The position numbers were made by a program, and so were the translations under genes. Below are positions 24,853 through 37,400 of a DNA stretch of 64,000 bases, in pieces. Below the pieces are notes generated by a model. It made no database searches, was not told the origin of the DNA, and was given only the letters and a program-made list of their open reading frames with translations. The first letter of the stretch is position 1. The number at the start of each line of letters is the position of its first letter. The stretch is from positions 248,001 to 312,000 of the forward strand of contig CT868677.1 of assembly GCA_000165425.1 (NCBI GenBank), read 5' to 3'. Source of the DNA: Paramecium tetraurelia. Taxonomy: Eukaryota.

Positions 24853-27800
24853 ATGAATTATGTATTTAAAGTTTTCGTGGCTAAATTTCTCAATCTTTAC
24901 ATTGAGGGATTTGGAGGCTCGTAAGTGTAATTGTATTAAGGAGCCTTGAATCTATAAAAGGTTTAGCTCAAATTGTAAACTCTGAATAAGTTACTCAAAG
25001 AATTATTGATTCCTTTTACAATACTCAAAGCTGACATTGAGATGCTCAAAATAGATATTCCTTGGGCATCCCTAACTACTCAGCCCATCAAAACGCATAT
25101 AAGTGGTTTGAATGTAATCATACAATATAATGAATAAGAAGACATCGAAAATCTGATCTAGGATTTATCAAAAAAATAAAATACAGAAAGCAAGATCTCT
25201 ATTCAAGATGAGATTCGAAAACACAAAGAAATTGATGAGTAAGTACTAAAGCGATTTGTAAAAAAACTGCTACTCAATCTCTCCTTTGAAATCAAAGATA
25301 TCCAAGTCGAGTTGCTGATTAAGCAACAATATAGACTATAGGTTGTATGCCAATAATTCAGCACTTCATCTCAAGAGAATTTAAGAATAAATCCTGAAGA
25401 CGTTGATCAATTCCACAGAGAATTAAAAGTGGAGACATTCTTTATCAAATTGATTCGTTTTAAGGATGATGACATTTCAAATTAGCAATTGTTGGCTCTA
25501 GATCAATGCAATTCATATCTAGAAAGATCCAAAGATTCTATCTATTGTCATGTTGAATTCAACAACTTCAATATCATCTTAGATAAGGATATTGTGTTGT
25601 TGGCAAATGATGCCATGGACAAACACACTTAGTTAGAATAATTGGTTCAAAATAAACTCAATGAATTTAAAATCTAGCCAATCCATGAGAATTTCATATT
25701 CAGAGACATCACAACCGTAAGCAAGGGAATTCACTTGTCCATATTTTCAAACAACCTATTTATTCAATCCTAACAATTGACATTATTTATACAATAGTGC
25801 AATATTTGTGCTAAGTCATTCCTGTAGTAAATGCTATACAAATTAAGTTTCGAGGAAATTCATGTAAAACAGTCACTTATATTCATTAGATCAAATATAA
25901 TGGACTCAAGATTCTTTAATTGACCAAATAAGATAGCAATGAGTTTAGTATATGGCCAGAATTGCACAATCAAGATGCTGATAAAGTAAGCTTTCCTCTA
26001 AATGTAGTAACAAATTATTTTGGAAATCGCCCAAAACTAAAGCGATAGAATGAAATTAAGAGAGCAAAAATTATTTCTTTAAATAGAATTTATACATTTG
26101 GAAGTAGATATCCAGCATCTGCTCTAAAATTCATAAGCCATCCTAAATCATATTCAAAGTTATTAATGTTTCATCCCTCCCCAATAAAAATAATTGTCCT
26201 CTTAGAAGAGTAGTCAAACACACATCAAATCCCATTAAAAAAAACTGACTTTTAAAATGAACATTATGAAAAATAAACTAACTCTAAATGTATCTGGCAT
26301 TACACAATTCTAACTACTATTCCAAAGTTAAACTCATATTGGAATGTATTAAAAGAAGGAGAAAATTAAGAATATTGAATTGAAACACAATCAATTGTAG
26401 TTTCATTTGTTTGATCAAAATTAGCATCTTTTGGTATCTCTCAATGGATTTAATGCCATTTTCGACTATTTCAAGTAAATCGAATTAAATATTCATCTTT
26501 CATAAGTCTAAATCAGAATCCAAAAAAATACATTTGCATAACTAATAGCTTTGCAAAAGCTTATAGAAACTGAAAAATTTGTGTAGAATGATTCCATTTA
26601 AAATAAATAAGTACAACAGGATTAATTGAATAAAAAAAACATAAAATTTACAGCCTTAATGGAGAGATGCTCAATTGATTTTGGACAATGTGTCAAAATT
26701 AATAATTATGTATCCTTCATCACTCTAAACATAAAATAATTGAATTTGTAAATATTATTGATCGAGAACACTGCACATCATTTAGAATTGAAATCCAACT
26801 TTAATATATGGACTACTCATCCCTTATAGAAAAAAAGCTGTAAAATCACTAATGTAAATATTATTAATCTATTTCAAGACTATCAAGTGTAAGTTATTAT
26901 GGAACAAAATAATTGATCCTAATTAGCAAGATCCTCAAAACATCCTTTAAATTTAAAATGCTGTCGAAATCAAATTGTCCTAATTGACAATCTCAAATTT
27001 ACTCAATACAGTCAATTTATTAAGTGGATTGGATGTTGTTAGTGTGATTAGAAATAAGACAAAAAAGAAAGTTCTTCTTAAGATCATTAGTGTTCAAACC
27101 AAGAATATACAATCATTCACCCTCGAACCAGAAGATTCTACTCTGCTCTCATCGCTATATGACAATCTTTAAGGTAATTTATATTGTTAAATTTTATCAA
27201 GATCCTAAAGATTATCCTACATATCAGATCTAATTAGGCTTAGAAATTAATGAATCCTTATAATTCTGGTCCTAAGCCTATCCATTTCATTTATCTAAGC
27301 AGTACTTTAATAAGTTCGTGTTGATTGATGAAATAGATCAACAAGAACATGATATTTTTCTTAAGGCACTCAACAACGAGTTTATTCTAACCTAATAGGA
27401 TAGACAAAACACAGATTTGCAGACAGTTGCTGAACCAACCATAGAAAATTAGTCCGATTATTTGCTAACATTTAAAACTGGGAGTGTAGAGTGTTTTTAA
27501 ATAGAGGGTAATTCTAAGAAGGCTTTCCATACCAAATTGACAGAGTAGAATACAATCGCATTAGTCCTAAGTATGAATGTAATAATTTATTCTAAGTGAC
27601 TGAAAATCAATAAGAAATTAAGTTTAATTTGAAAGAAGTGATCCAATAAAAGACTGTTTTGTCATTTAATTTTGTGAAGATAGATAACAATTTTTATAAT
27701 GTTCTTCTTTCTTTTGAATTAATCAAAGATCCAAAGGGATAATACTTTTAAAAGGTGATAATAAAGCCATTCCTTATCATTGCGAACTTACTTCCTTGGA

Positions 27801-29383
27801 ATTTCAGTATTGGAAATGCTTAATTTATCAATTTGCCAATTAGTGTTGATGTCAATATGAATAACACTCTTATCAATAATTTTGATTAATAATTAGATTT
27901 GTTTTATGCCAATTTATTGAACAATAGGAAACACGCATCCAATTAATCTTAATAAATCATTATTAATGGATAAGTTACAAACTTGTATTATTTAAACTTT
28001 TTAAAAGAGGGGAAATATGCAATAGAGATAAATAAGAGACATCATATGATTATGATATTCAGAAATAATGTTTTAGTGTAGAATTAAATGTGCTTTGTCA
28101 TTTGTCGTAATATTTATTAATAGCAAATCAAATATTTACTATTAAAAAATAAGACCTAATTTAATTTTATTTTGATGAAAAATAAGTCCAGAATTCACAT
28201 TTATCCATTTTCAGACAATTGTTTGGAATACAATATTTAGAAGGGGGATAAATATCGAATTTTTGTAACTAATCAAGATTATGAATTGATGTAATTGTTG
28301 GACTCTGAAACGATGACTAAGCATAATCTTAAGGTAAACAAAATTTAAATTTAAAACATTCATATCATTGAAATAATTATTAATGAAGAAAAGATTATAG
28401 GCAAGGAGTTTAAGATCTCAATTCCAAATGTCAAAATTGATATATAAGTGTGTGATAAATAAGAGATCAACATATTTTTTGATTTGAATTTGAGATTCTT
28501 CTCTGATACTCATTTGGATATTTTAATTTAGAACTTTATACTGCAATTCGAGAACATTAATGTGATTAATATTACTGATTGCTTCTCAATTATTGAGATG
28601 TCTAAATCAAATGATTTAAATTTAATAATGATCAATAATATTTTCTTCAAAATAAAAGACATCAAATTAAATATTCAATAACAATTCCTTAATTCAATTA
28701 AGCTATTAATTTCATTATTAAGATTGGACCCTTTATTTTTGAGATAAGAGTAATAACAATAAATACAATCTACTAAATGCTAATGGGAATCATTGATATA
28801 ACCAACCTTCATTATTTTGAATATGATTATAGATCCAATAGCATTAGAAATTAATATCCAAACAAACATGATAAATATGAACAATAATCTACTCTTGCCA
28901 TAATAGTAAATTAAGATGAGAAAATTCAAGCCAAATCAATTAAAATCAGAGATCTTATCCTTTTATCTGGCATTTCTAATTACAAAAATTCCAACCATCC
29001 AATTATTAATTCAGAATTTACCAAATCTATTGCAGTTGTTGTAATCTAAAAAGAATGAACCTGATGGAGTCAAATTACCGTATTTTTTTATCCACTCACC
29101 AATACAAACAAGAATCAATTAAACAGAATATGTTTATTTAAATAAGAATTGCAAATTGGCAGTTTCAAATGAAAAATTAGTAAGATGCCAGATTGTGTTG
29201 AGTAATGATAAGCTTGAAATATATGTGCAGGATGAAAAATAAACAATTTTTTTGGATTCAATATCATAAATTAGATTGGGCAAATAGAATTTCAGCATTT
29301 ATGTAAAGAAGAACTTGAAATTAAGATTTTATTCAAAACAGTCAAACTTGATTGTGAATCTTATCAAAAACTTATTATATTGA
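24853..29383 (+). CDS. Chorein-N (VPS13-like) bridge lipid-transfer protein, unusually short (about 1450 aa)
   Basis: MNYVFKVFVAKFLNLYIEGF..LYQGALNLQKVQLK..IPFTILKADIEMLKIDIPWASLTTQPIKTHISGL matches Chorein_N. Later IKPFLIIANLLPW is VAB-like. TGA at 29381-29383. Confidence 0.7.
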
Positions 29384-29384
29384 T

Positions 29385-31110
29385 TCATTATAGTTTTATA
29401 TATTATTCATAAAGATTCATAAATATGTCTCTGCAATTAACCTTAGTTTTTAGTCTCATATTCATTAAGTATGCTCCTGACAATTTCCTGTGCAATGAAT
29501 AGATCTCAGGAGGTGGAGGTCTCATTCGATACTTAAGCATAACTGGCATAAGTTCATATATCTTTTTGGTCATCTACTGTTCTCCAAAATCGAACTCCCC
29601 TTGATGTCTAAATGGTTCTCCAACACATATGATAGAATCTACATGGGCTTCCTTCATTCTGATGCTTTCTTCACCAGTCAAAAACCCTAGATCAACAGAT
29701 CGTTGCAAACACTCCTTTCTATCCAAAATGGTGGCAGCATAGATGACTCCGATGTAGTTATCCATAAAGGGTTTAGTATATTCATGAACTAGAATTACTA
29801 AATAATTGAACTACCTGCTCCAAAATCAAGTAGGATCAACTTATTTTTGTGTCTATCAAAGTAGAAGTTGGAAGGATTTGGATCTGTCTGCATGGTTCTA
29901 AATTTAAATAGTTCTTAGAGCGTTAGACTCATCACTCTTCTCCCTATTTCATTTCTCAAATGTTGAGGGTAATTTTCAGCTGCAAAATCAATTGTGTCTC
30001 CATATAAGTATTCTGCAGTCAAGATTCTGGTTGTTGATAAATCGCTAAGCACTTCAGGAATGGCAAATTCAGATTGATTTCCAAATAACTTTCTATAATT
30101 AATTTATTTTGCAGCTTCTATTTTATAATCACATTCCTCATGCAATTCCTTTCTAGTATTGGCGATCAATTTATCTAAGAACATAGTCTTAGGAAACAAG
30201 TTAGTATATTCCATTAGTCTTTTCAGATTGTTTAAATCACTATCTATGGCTTCCTTCACTCCCGGATATTGAATTTTGACAGCTACCCGTCTTCCTTATG
30301 TTGTAATGGCTTCATGTACTTGTCCAATCGAAGCAGCAGCAAAGGGCTTGAGTTCGAATTCTTTGAATTTGCTAGTCCAATCACTGCCTAACTCTTATTT
30401 GAGCATCTATTCTTTAACAATATTTCTTGTACTTTCTCTAGTTACTTTTACGGCATGATATCAGCATTCTACCTAGCTTATTCAAAAGCCTATCGAATAT
30501 GTTTTGGAATGACTTCGTCCTCTTGAATACTTAAAGCTTGAGCCAGTTTCAAGGGGGCTCCTCTCATTTTGCAAAGACCTTTGGCCAAGAGAGAGGCATT
30601 CTCCTCACTTACCAATGCTTATCTAAAGGACACCTATTATTCTCAATTAATTTGTACATTTTATTGAGTGACCATCGTTTTCATTGCATTAGTTGCCAAA
30701 CTAACTCCTAAAGCTCCAAATTCATACACTCTTCCAATTGCTGTTTAAGGCACTTTATTTTCAGTAAATTATTTATTGATAGGAGGGGGAGAAGGAATTT
30801 AAGATTACTAATCATTGCTTTATTGATCTTATTCTTTACCTTTCCTTTAATGGGTATCTTTAATTTACTCATTTATTTTGTTTTAGATTTATGGAGTTGG
30901 TTACTATTATTCTTATTCTGGCTTTTTGATTGTTTCTCTTTTTTCATTTATTGGAGTGGTCTATTTTTCCTATTTGAATTGATCTATTAGATTATCTTTA
31001 ATTAATTAAGGTTAATTGACTCCATCAACTACTCTGTAGATACCTCTACATACTCCTGCAAAATCTTAAAATTCCTTTTTTCTAATTAAGCTTGATATGA
31101 AGGGTAACAT
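29385..31110 (-). CDS. COQ8: ABC1/COQ8 (UbiB family) atypical kinase, mitochondrial
   Basis: [73 protein letters not shown]. Confidence 0.92.
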
Positions 31111-31531
31111 ACCAGAATTAATTTTATATTTAATAAAATAATCTCATATGTATTCTTACTTTATAATCAATTTAACTTGTATTTAGAAGGGAATTCTATT
31201 TAGGATGGTAATATTAAATGATCATTTTGGAATCTCAGGATTGATAATCAAACACATTCGATTGATGAAGGATTTTATAGAAACAAAACAAAAATTTTGT
31301 GAGAACAATCAAGAATGCTAATAGGATGGATTTGCAATGTTGGTTAATTAGGATTGTATTTAAAATTTTATAAATTTATAAAGTTTAATAAGTAGTTAGA
31401 CCCTGTGTATTTGAAAAAGGTCTTTTAAATGGAGTGCGTTGGGGGGAATGCGATGGAAAAGATATTGGAGTGTGGGTTTTGGTTTAAATTTCCTAAAATG
31501 ATATAATATTTATATATAATAATTAAGTTAA

Positions 31532-34429
31532 ATGTACAGTTTGAATCACTAAATAAATAGAAGTTTTGATGATAATGATGAAACTTAAACTTTGGAGGAG
31601 GAGATCATGGATGATTACTCGCCTACGAAACAAGGTTTCATTAAAAGTGATATTTAGAAATTCGGGAATATGCAATTCATTTGGGGATGAAGTTACCTGA
31701 AGACAATTAATATTTGGATATTGCAAAGGCTGGTCTAAAGGCCAAACTACCTGAAGAGTGGAAGATTTGTTCCAAGAAGGTTAATGGGAACGAGTAAGTT
31801 TTCTACAAGAACAGACTGACGGATGAAATAGTCAATGATCATCCTTGCGATATGATATATGCAAAGAAATATGAGGAGGCTAAGTAGATTGACTTTCAAA
31901 ATCAGAAGAAAAAAGTATTTAGAATATTTTATTCCAGAAATCGACTGGGATCAACAAGTTCAAAAAGGATATTGAAAAATATAGGGAACCAAACTATTTG
32001 GATGGAAATGAGGAAGCTGAATCCTTTATGGTGGATTCCAACGTGTATTACGAGAATCGATAAAATCAGGGTTACGTAGTGCAGAATCCAATTCAGGCTT
32101 CAGCAACTCAGAACCTATTATCCCAAGTTGATTAGGAATTTGCAAAGCAAGCTCAAGAGTACGAGGAGGAAAAGAAGAAGGATGTTAATAAGTAGAAGGA
32201 GGAAAACAAATAGAAATTGAACAAAATGGAATTGATATTGATGAATGAGGCCGATCCCGAGTTATTCGAATTGAAGGAAGAATATGAAAGGCAGAAGGAA
32301 TCGTAGTCCAAGAGTGAGGAAGAGAAGAAGAGGAAGGCCAAAAGAAAGGCCGAGGAGGACATGGAGTAGAACATTATCAATCAGAAGAACGTATTGTAAA
32401 AATAATTGGAACGGAATTTGGAGAACTATGAATATGAGCAGGAGAAAACAATCAAGAATAAATTAAGGACTTTGGAGTAAGAATTGCAGGGACAATAGAA
32501 AGATATAGTAAAAAGAATCAATCAAAGGTAGAAGGAACTATCAGATTCCGATTCTAAATGGATGAAACAGATATAGGAGAAGAAGAAGAATGTGGAGAAC
32601 CTATTAAACAAGTACAAAAAGGAATTGTCTTAAGAGATTTATTAAAAGATCTAATTAGTAGACTAAGAGAACATCAAAAGATTGAGAACAGAGTAGGAGG
32701 CTATTAAAAAGAAATTGCTGAATGAGTTTGATAAGGTCAAGAGGGAATATAAATTTGAGATAGTAGATTTATAAGAAGAGAATTAGAGGATGATGAGATC
32801 AATAAAGGAGGAGATGAAGAGTCAATTCGATCCAAAGTTTAGTTAAATCTAATAGGTGTTTAGTGATTAATTGTAAAATATCGAATTGAGTGAATCTCAA
32901 ATGTTGTAGTCCCAGATATATGATTACAGAAATTTAGATATTGAATAAAGAAAGTCAGAAAATGTTAAGAAGATTACCTAATAGAAGGAGAAATTATTCT
33001 AGCAACTTTAAAATTAACTCGCAAATTTAGAGAGACAAACTAATGAGAAGTATCAGGAGATGAAGAGAAAGTTGGAGGAGACCCAACGGTTGAAATTGGA
33101 GAAGATATAGAAGGATTTTGAGAAGAAGACAGGGAGAGTCTTGGGAAATGGAAAGGAGATTGATTTGTGTATGGACATCAATTAAACCAGGAGTCTTACA
33201 CATGAATTGAGGGAGGAAATAAAGCAATTTAAAAGAAAGAAGACTGATGCAGAAGAGAAATTGGCTAGCATGAACATTGTAGTTTCAAAGTATGATTTGT
33301 AAAATGAATTGAAATAGAAGGATGTCATCAAATTTGAATTGGATCGTTTACAATATTTGGTTAATTAATACAAGTAGGATGACAAGATAGCAGATAAGGA
33401 ATTAGAGTTATTGGAATAACAATATTAATAGATGATAAGGAAACATTAGGAGTTTCAATAGAAATAACAGACGATGTAAAATATGATTTAGAGTGTGAAT
33501 GAGTTAAGAGAGTAATTGGCAGCCAATTAAAGCAGTGACAATTCCAAGTTTTAGAGCAATCTCTTTAGATAGGTAGGAAATAAGAACTACGGCACTGAGA
33601 TCAATATTCAAAACAACCTATCCATGAATCAAAGTGTAGTAATCGAAGAGAATGCAGTATAAATGTAATTAATGTCTTTAATAAAATCGTAGGCGTAAAT
33701 GGAAACTGATTCTACTGGATGAAAGAGTTGCTTTAAATAGAGAACAGTAATTATATAAGACTGATAAGGAGAAAATCAAGCAGATGAGGAGGAAATTGCA
33801 AATTGATTCTGAATAATTGAAGTCATAAATAGAGATGGCACAATCCTTTGATTAGAATAATATGAAGAAGGATCTCATTAAGAAGCTCAAATAGGAAATC
33901 AAGGAGCAATAGGTGAAAATCTCAGATGATACTGAAAAATCAAATAATTGGAGACAAATATTAAAATAGAAGTCCAAAACTTTGGATTAAATGGAGAAGA
34001 ATATCAATGACGCTAATCCTCAGCCAGAATTACTGCATTCTCTTGAATAATTATATATGCTCTATAGTAAGATAGGGGAGTTGGAACTCAATGACGACAT
34101 GGTAGAGTAACAGATCTCAAACAATAACGAAAGCTACTTCAATTAGATCAAGGTGATTTCAGAGGAGCCATCTCTACAGTAGGATTCACAACAGCAACAT
34201 TATGATATATAAATGCCATACGAGGCGCCAAGGGTAACACATTTTGAACAGCCGGAGAATCTATCGAAATACAGAATGCAATTGATATAGCAGAAGGAAT
34301 GGTTGCAAAATTATAAGTACAGAGTAACTATTAAGTGTCATTTATTAGGTTCTCGCGACTAATCCTTATAGTATAGATTCCAGAGAAAGATTCTAAAGGT
34401 ACTAGCAGTTTCTTCATTGCAAAGTATGA
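31532..34429 (+). CDS. CEP164-like WW-domain coiled-coil basal body protein
   Basis: LEEEIMDDYSPTKQEIREYAIHLGM..LDIAKAGLKAKLPEEWKIC..FYKN..DHPCD is the CEP164 N-terminal signature, followed by a long coiled coil with several tiny introns. Confidence 0.85.
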
Positions 34430-34467
34430 AATAATTTATATTATTATATTTATTTTTTTAAAACGGA

Positions 34468-37400
34468 ATGAAGTTGATTATGTTTTTCATCGTCGGCTTA
34501 GGGTTGATTAGTGCAAGTCTTAGTAAGTAGTTTATCCTATTTAGTCAGGATGAGTAATTCTGATGAGCTGTCTTTAGAGCCTGCCTATTACAAGCCTCAG
34601 AAAAAACAATAGGAAATGCTCAAGCAATAAGTGTAGAATACTAAGTATTATGAGTCCAAGGATGGAGAACCCTCTTATAGTTTTGAGATGGAGGATAAAC
34701 TCTGGGAATCAAGTGATGAATATGGTTATGGATATTGGGTTCGTTTTTCTGAGAATGAGAATCAGGACCCTCTTAAATATTATTTTCTGAGTAGATTAAC
34801 TACAAATCAGGAACATGGAGATTTAACTTATTATGGGGACAGAACATTAAGCGTTTTCCTGTATAAGAATGTGTTTGTTTTTGCCACATACGATTTGGAT
34901 GAGAATCTCAAATCGAAGGAGAGACCAGTCAAATTACAAGAGAATATTAATGGGAATTGGTACTTTGTTTGTTATTCTAAAAAAAAATCGGAGATAGTAG
35001 GGTTTTTGGTGAAATTTGGAGCAAATTATATATTGCGATTTGAACAATATGGTAGGCACAAGCCTAGTAAGTATTATAAGGTGATATTTGGGGGATCTGA
35101 ATTCGATTATTTGAGTCTGCCTGGACAATTTGCAAATATCTATTTCGATTTCGATGAGCCTGCATTCATAAATACAAACGAAGACGTAATCCTCCTCATC
35201 TAGACTCATTGTAATATGCCTTAAGAGTTACTGAAAAGGTGGACAATTAAATTGATTGAAGAGACAAAGGACTTTTCAGCCAACAATAAGGAAGATTCAA
35301 TAGAAATGGAACCCTTTGAAAATGATTACATCATAACTCAATACTCTGTGAAAGGGTGGTTTCGTTGGGTTGACAATATTTTGGTTGAAGAACTGAACCA
35401 ATTCCAGATCTTTAATTTAAGAAGCAATAAAGATAAGAGTGATAAAACTGGAGATAGGGCCTTAGAAATTCATTAGATCGTCGGAGGTGGATCAGAAAGC
35501 TAAGTTTATTTTAGTACATACTCCATCATTGAGGAATAGAACAGGATTACTCAACAATTGAAATCAAATTAATTGGTGTGGACCTATGCTTAATTTAGCT
35601 ATGATATAGGGAGTTTAAAGGCTTTCGGATACTTGATATATCCAGGTTACGCATAGAGTTTAGAATTCAATGAGGTATAACATAAATAGGTCACCAAACT
35701 ATTCTTGACTGTTGGGGCTGATAACGGGATTTCAAGTTTCAATGGGAAGATTGCTTATGTTTCATTAAATGTTGGGCCAAAATCATTTAGTGATTAGATG
35801 TAGATGGATGATGAAGGAGCTTTGAATATATATTTGAGATCTAAATTAGTATCGGAGGAAGAGGATATCCGACCTAGTAGATAAAATTCAATATAACCAG
35901 TGTTTTCTTAGTTGTATGATGATGACAAAGTAAATGGCTAGAGTGAATATAGTTTTGGAATGTGGAGTAGATGGATACGCACATATCCATTATATTTATA
36001 AAAGAGAGCAGAAATTCATTCGATTGCTCATTTGAAAAGATAGTACAAATAAGTCTTATTGGAAATCCAATTAGCTAAATCATCTTACTTATTTTAGTCA
36101 TTAGAGGAGATACAACATATTGAGTACCAAGAGTTGGAAGGCGTTTGGGTTTATTTATACTTTGGATATAGTAGATTGCAAAACAGAGCCTTGGGAGTAG
36201 TGAATACTTTGGGAAAAGACTTAAAATCGATTGAATTCCATGACTAACATGATTTAATCTTAGATGCAATTGAATTCTACGTAGGAAAACATCATACTCC
36301 TTTGTTTAATGGAGAATTTGCAAGAATATCATTCCAATTTGGTCCTCATTCATTTAGACAGGAAAGTGAATTGGCAGAAATAGACACCTAAGGATTGCCC
36401 TATATACTTCCTATGAGCCAATAAACAATTCAATTGATAGGGGCTGCTCAATAGAGTCCAATAGATGAGAAATTTGAATTCGAGTAATTTTAGGGTATAA
36501 CAGAATACAGTGTGTCAGGATGGGTAAAATTCAATGGCAAAGAGAAATCTGGAGAATAGTATCACATTATAACATTGACTCAAAGAACTCTAGAAGAGAG
36601 TAATGATTAAGCTACTTTACAAATATTAAAGAATGATGTCAACTACGTTTTTGTTACATATACTTGTGAAATTGAATGTGATAAGTATTTGAAATAGGAG
36701 AGTGCTTTTGGTGAATATTGGGATTAATGGACATATATCTATTTTGGATACAAAAACTATTAGACTTACACCTACATTGAGTATAAGTTTACTTCGAATT
36801 CATTCATCATCAAAGAGGTCAATCATTATTATATGTCTGTGTTTTCTGTTCTCTTGGGATAAGAGAGGAAGGAGTTCCTACAATATACCGGGTCGTTGAA
36901 ATAGTGGGTTTTGAATGTAGGTACTGGAGCATATCGGGAAGGCAGTTATGAGAGCGAGTAACTGAGTATCAAAGTACATTTTGGATATTTAGCAGGAACT
37001 GATCATTTGACATAAGCATAATAGATGAAAGAACATCCAGAAATATTAGACTGTCAAACACAGCAGATCAAATTATAGTAAAGTGAGGACTTGTAATTAG
37101 ATGGACTCTATGAATATGGATATGGTTTATGGATTCAATTTAAACATTATGCTAGCAACATTAGTCTCATTAAGCCTAAATTGATGGGTATCGCTAGATT
37201 ATCCTTATAGTCGATAGAACATCTCTTGAGTGTTGTAATGAATGTGGGGAACTATTAATTCATCACTTTAGAAGGTTCAGAATAGATAGATTACACAGCT
37301 TATCATGAGAGTGAATGGATATTTGTTTATTATGCTTATTAAAGATAGCAATAAGATATTGGTGAGACAGTAGGGTTTGTAGTTGATTATAATGGTATTA

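Noticed and set aside
31465..31490. GGGTTTTGGTTT resembling telomeric repeats
   Set aside because: Not a tandem G3T3/G4T2 array, so there is no evidence of an internal telomere.
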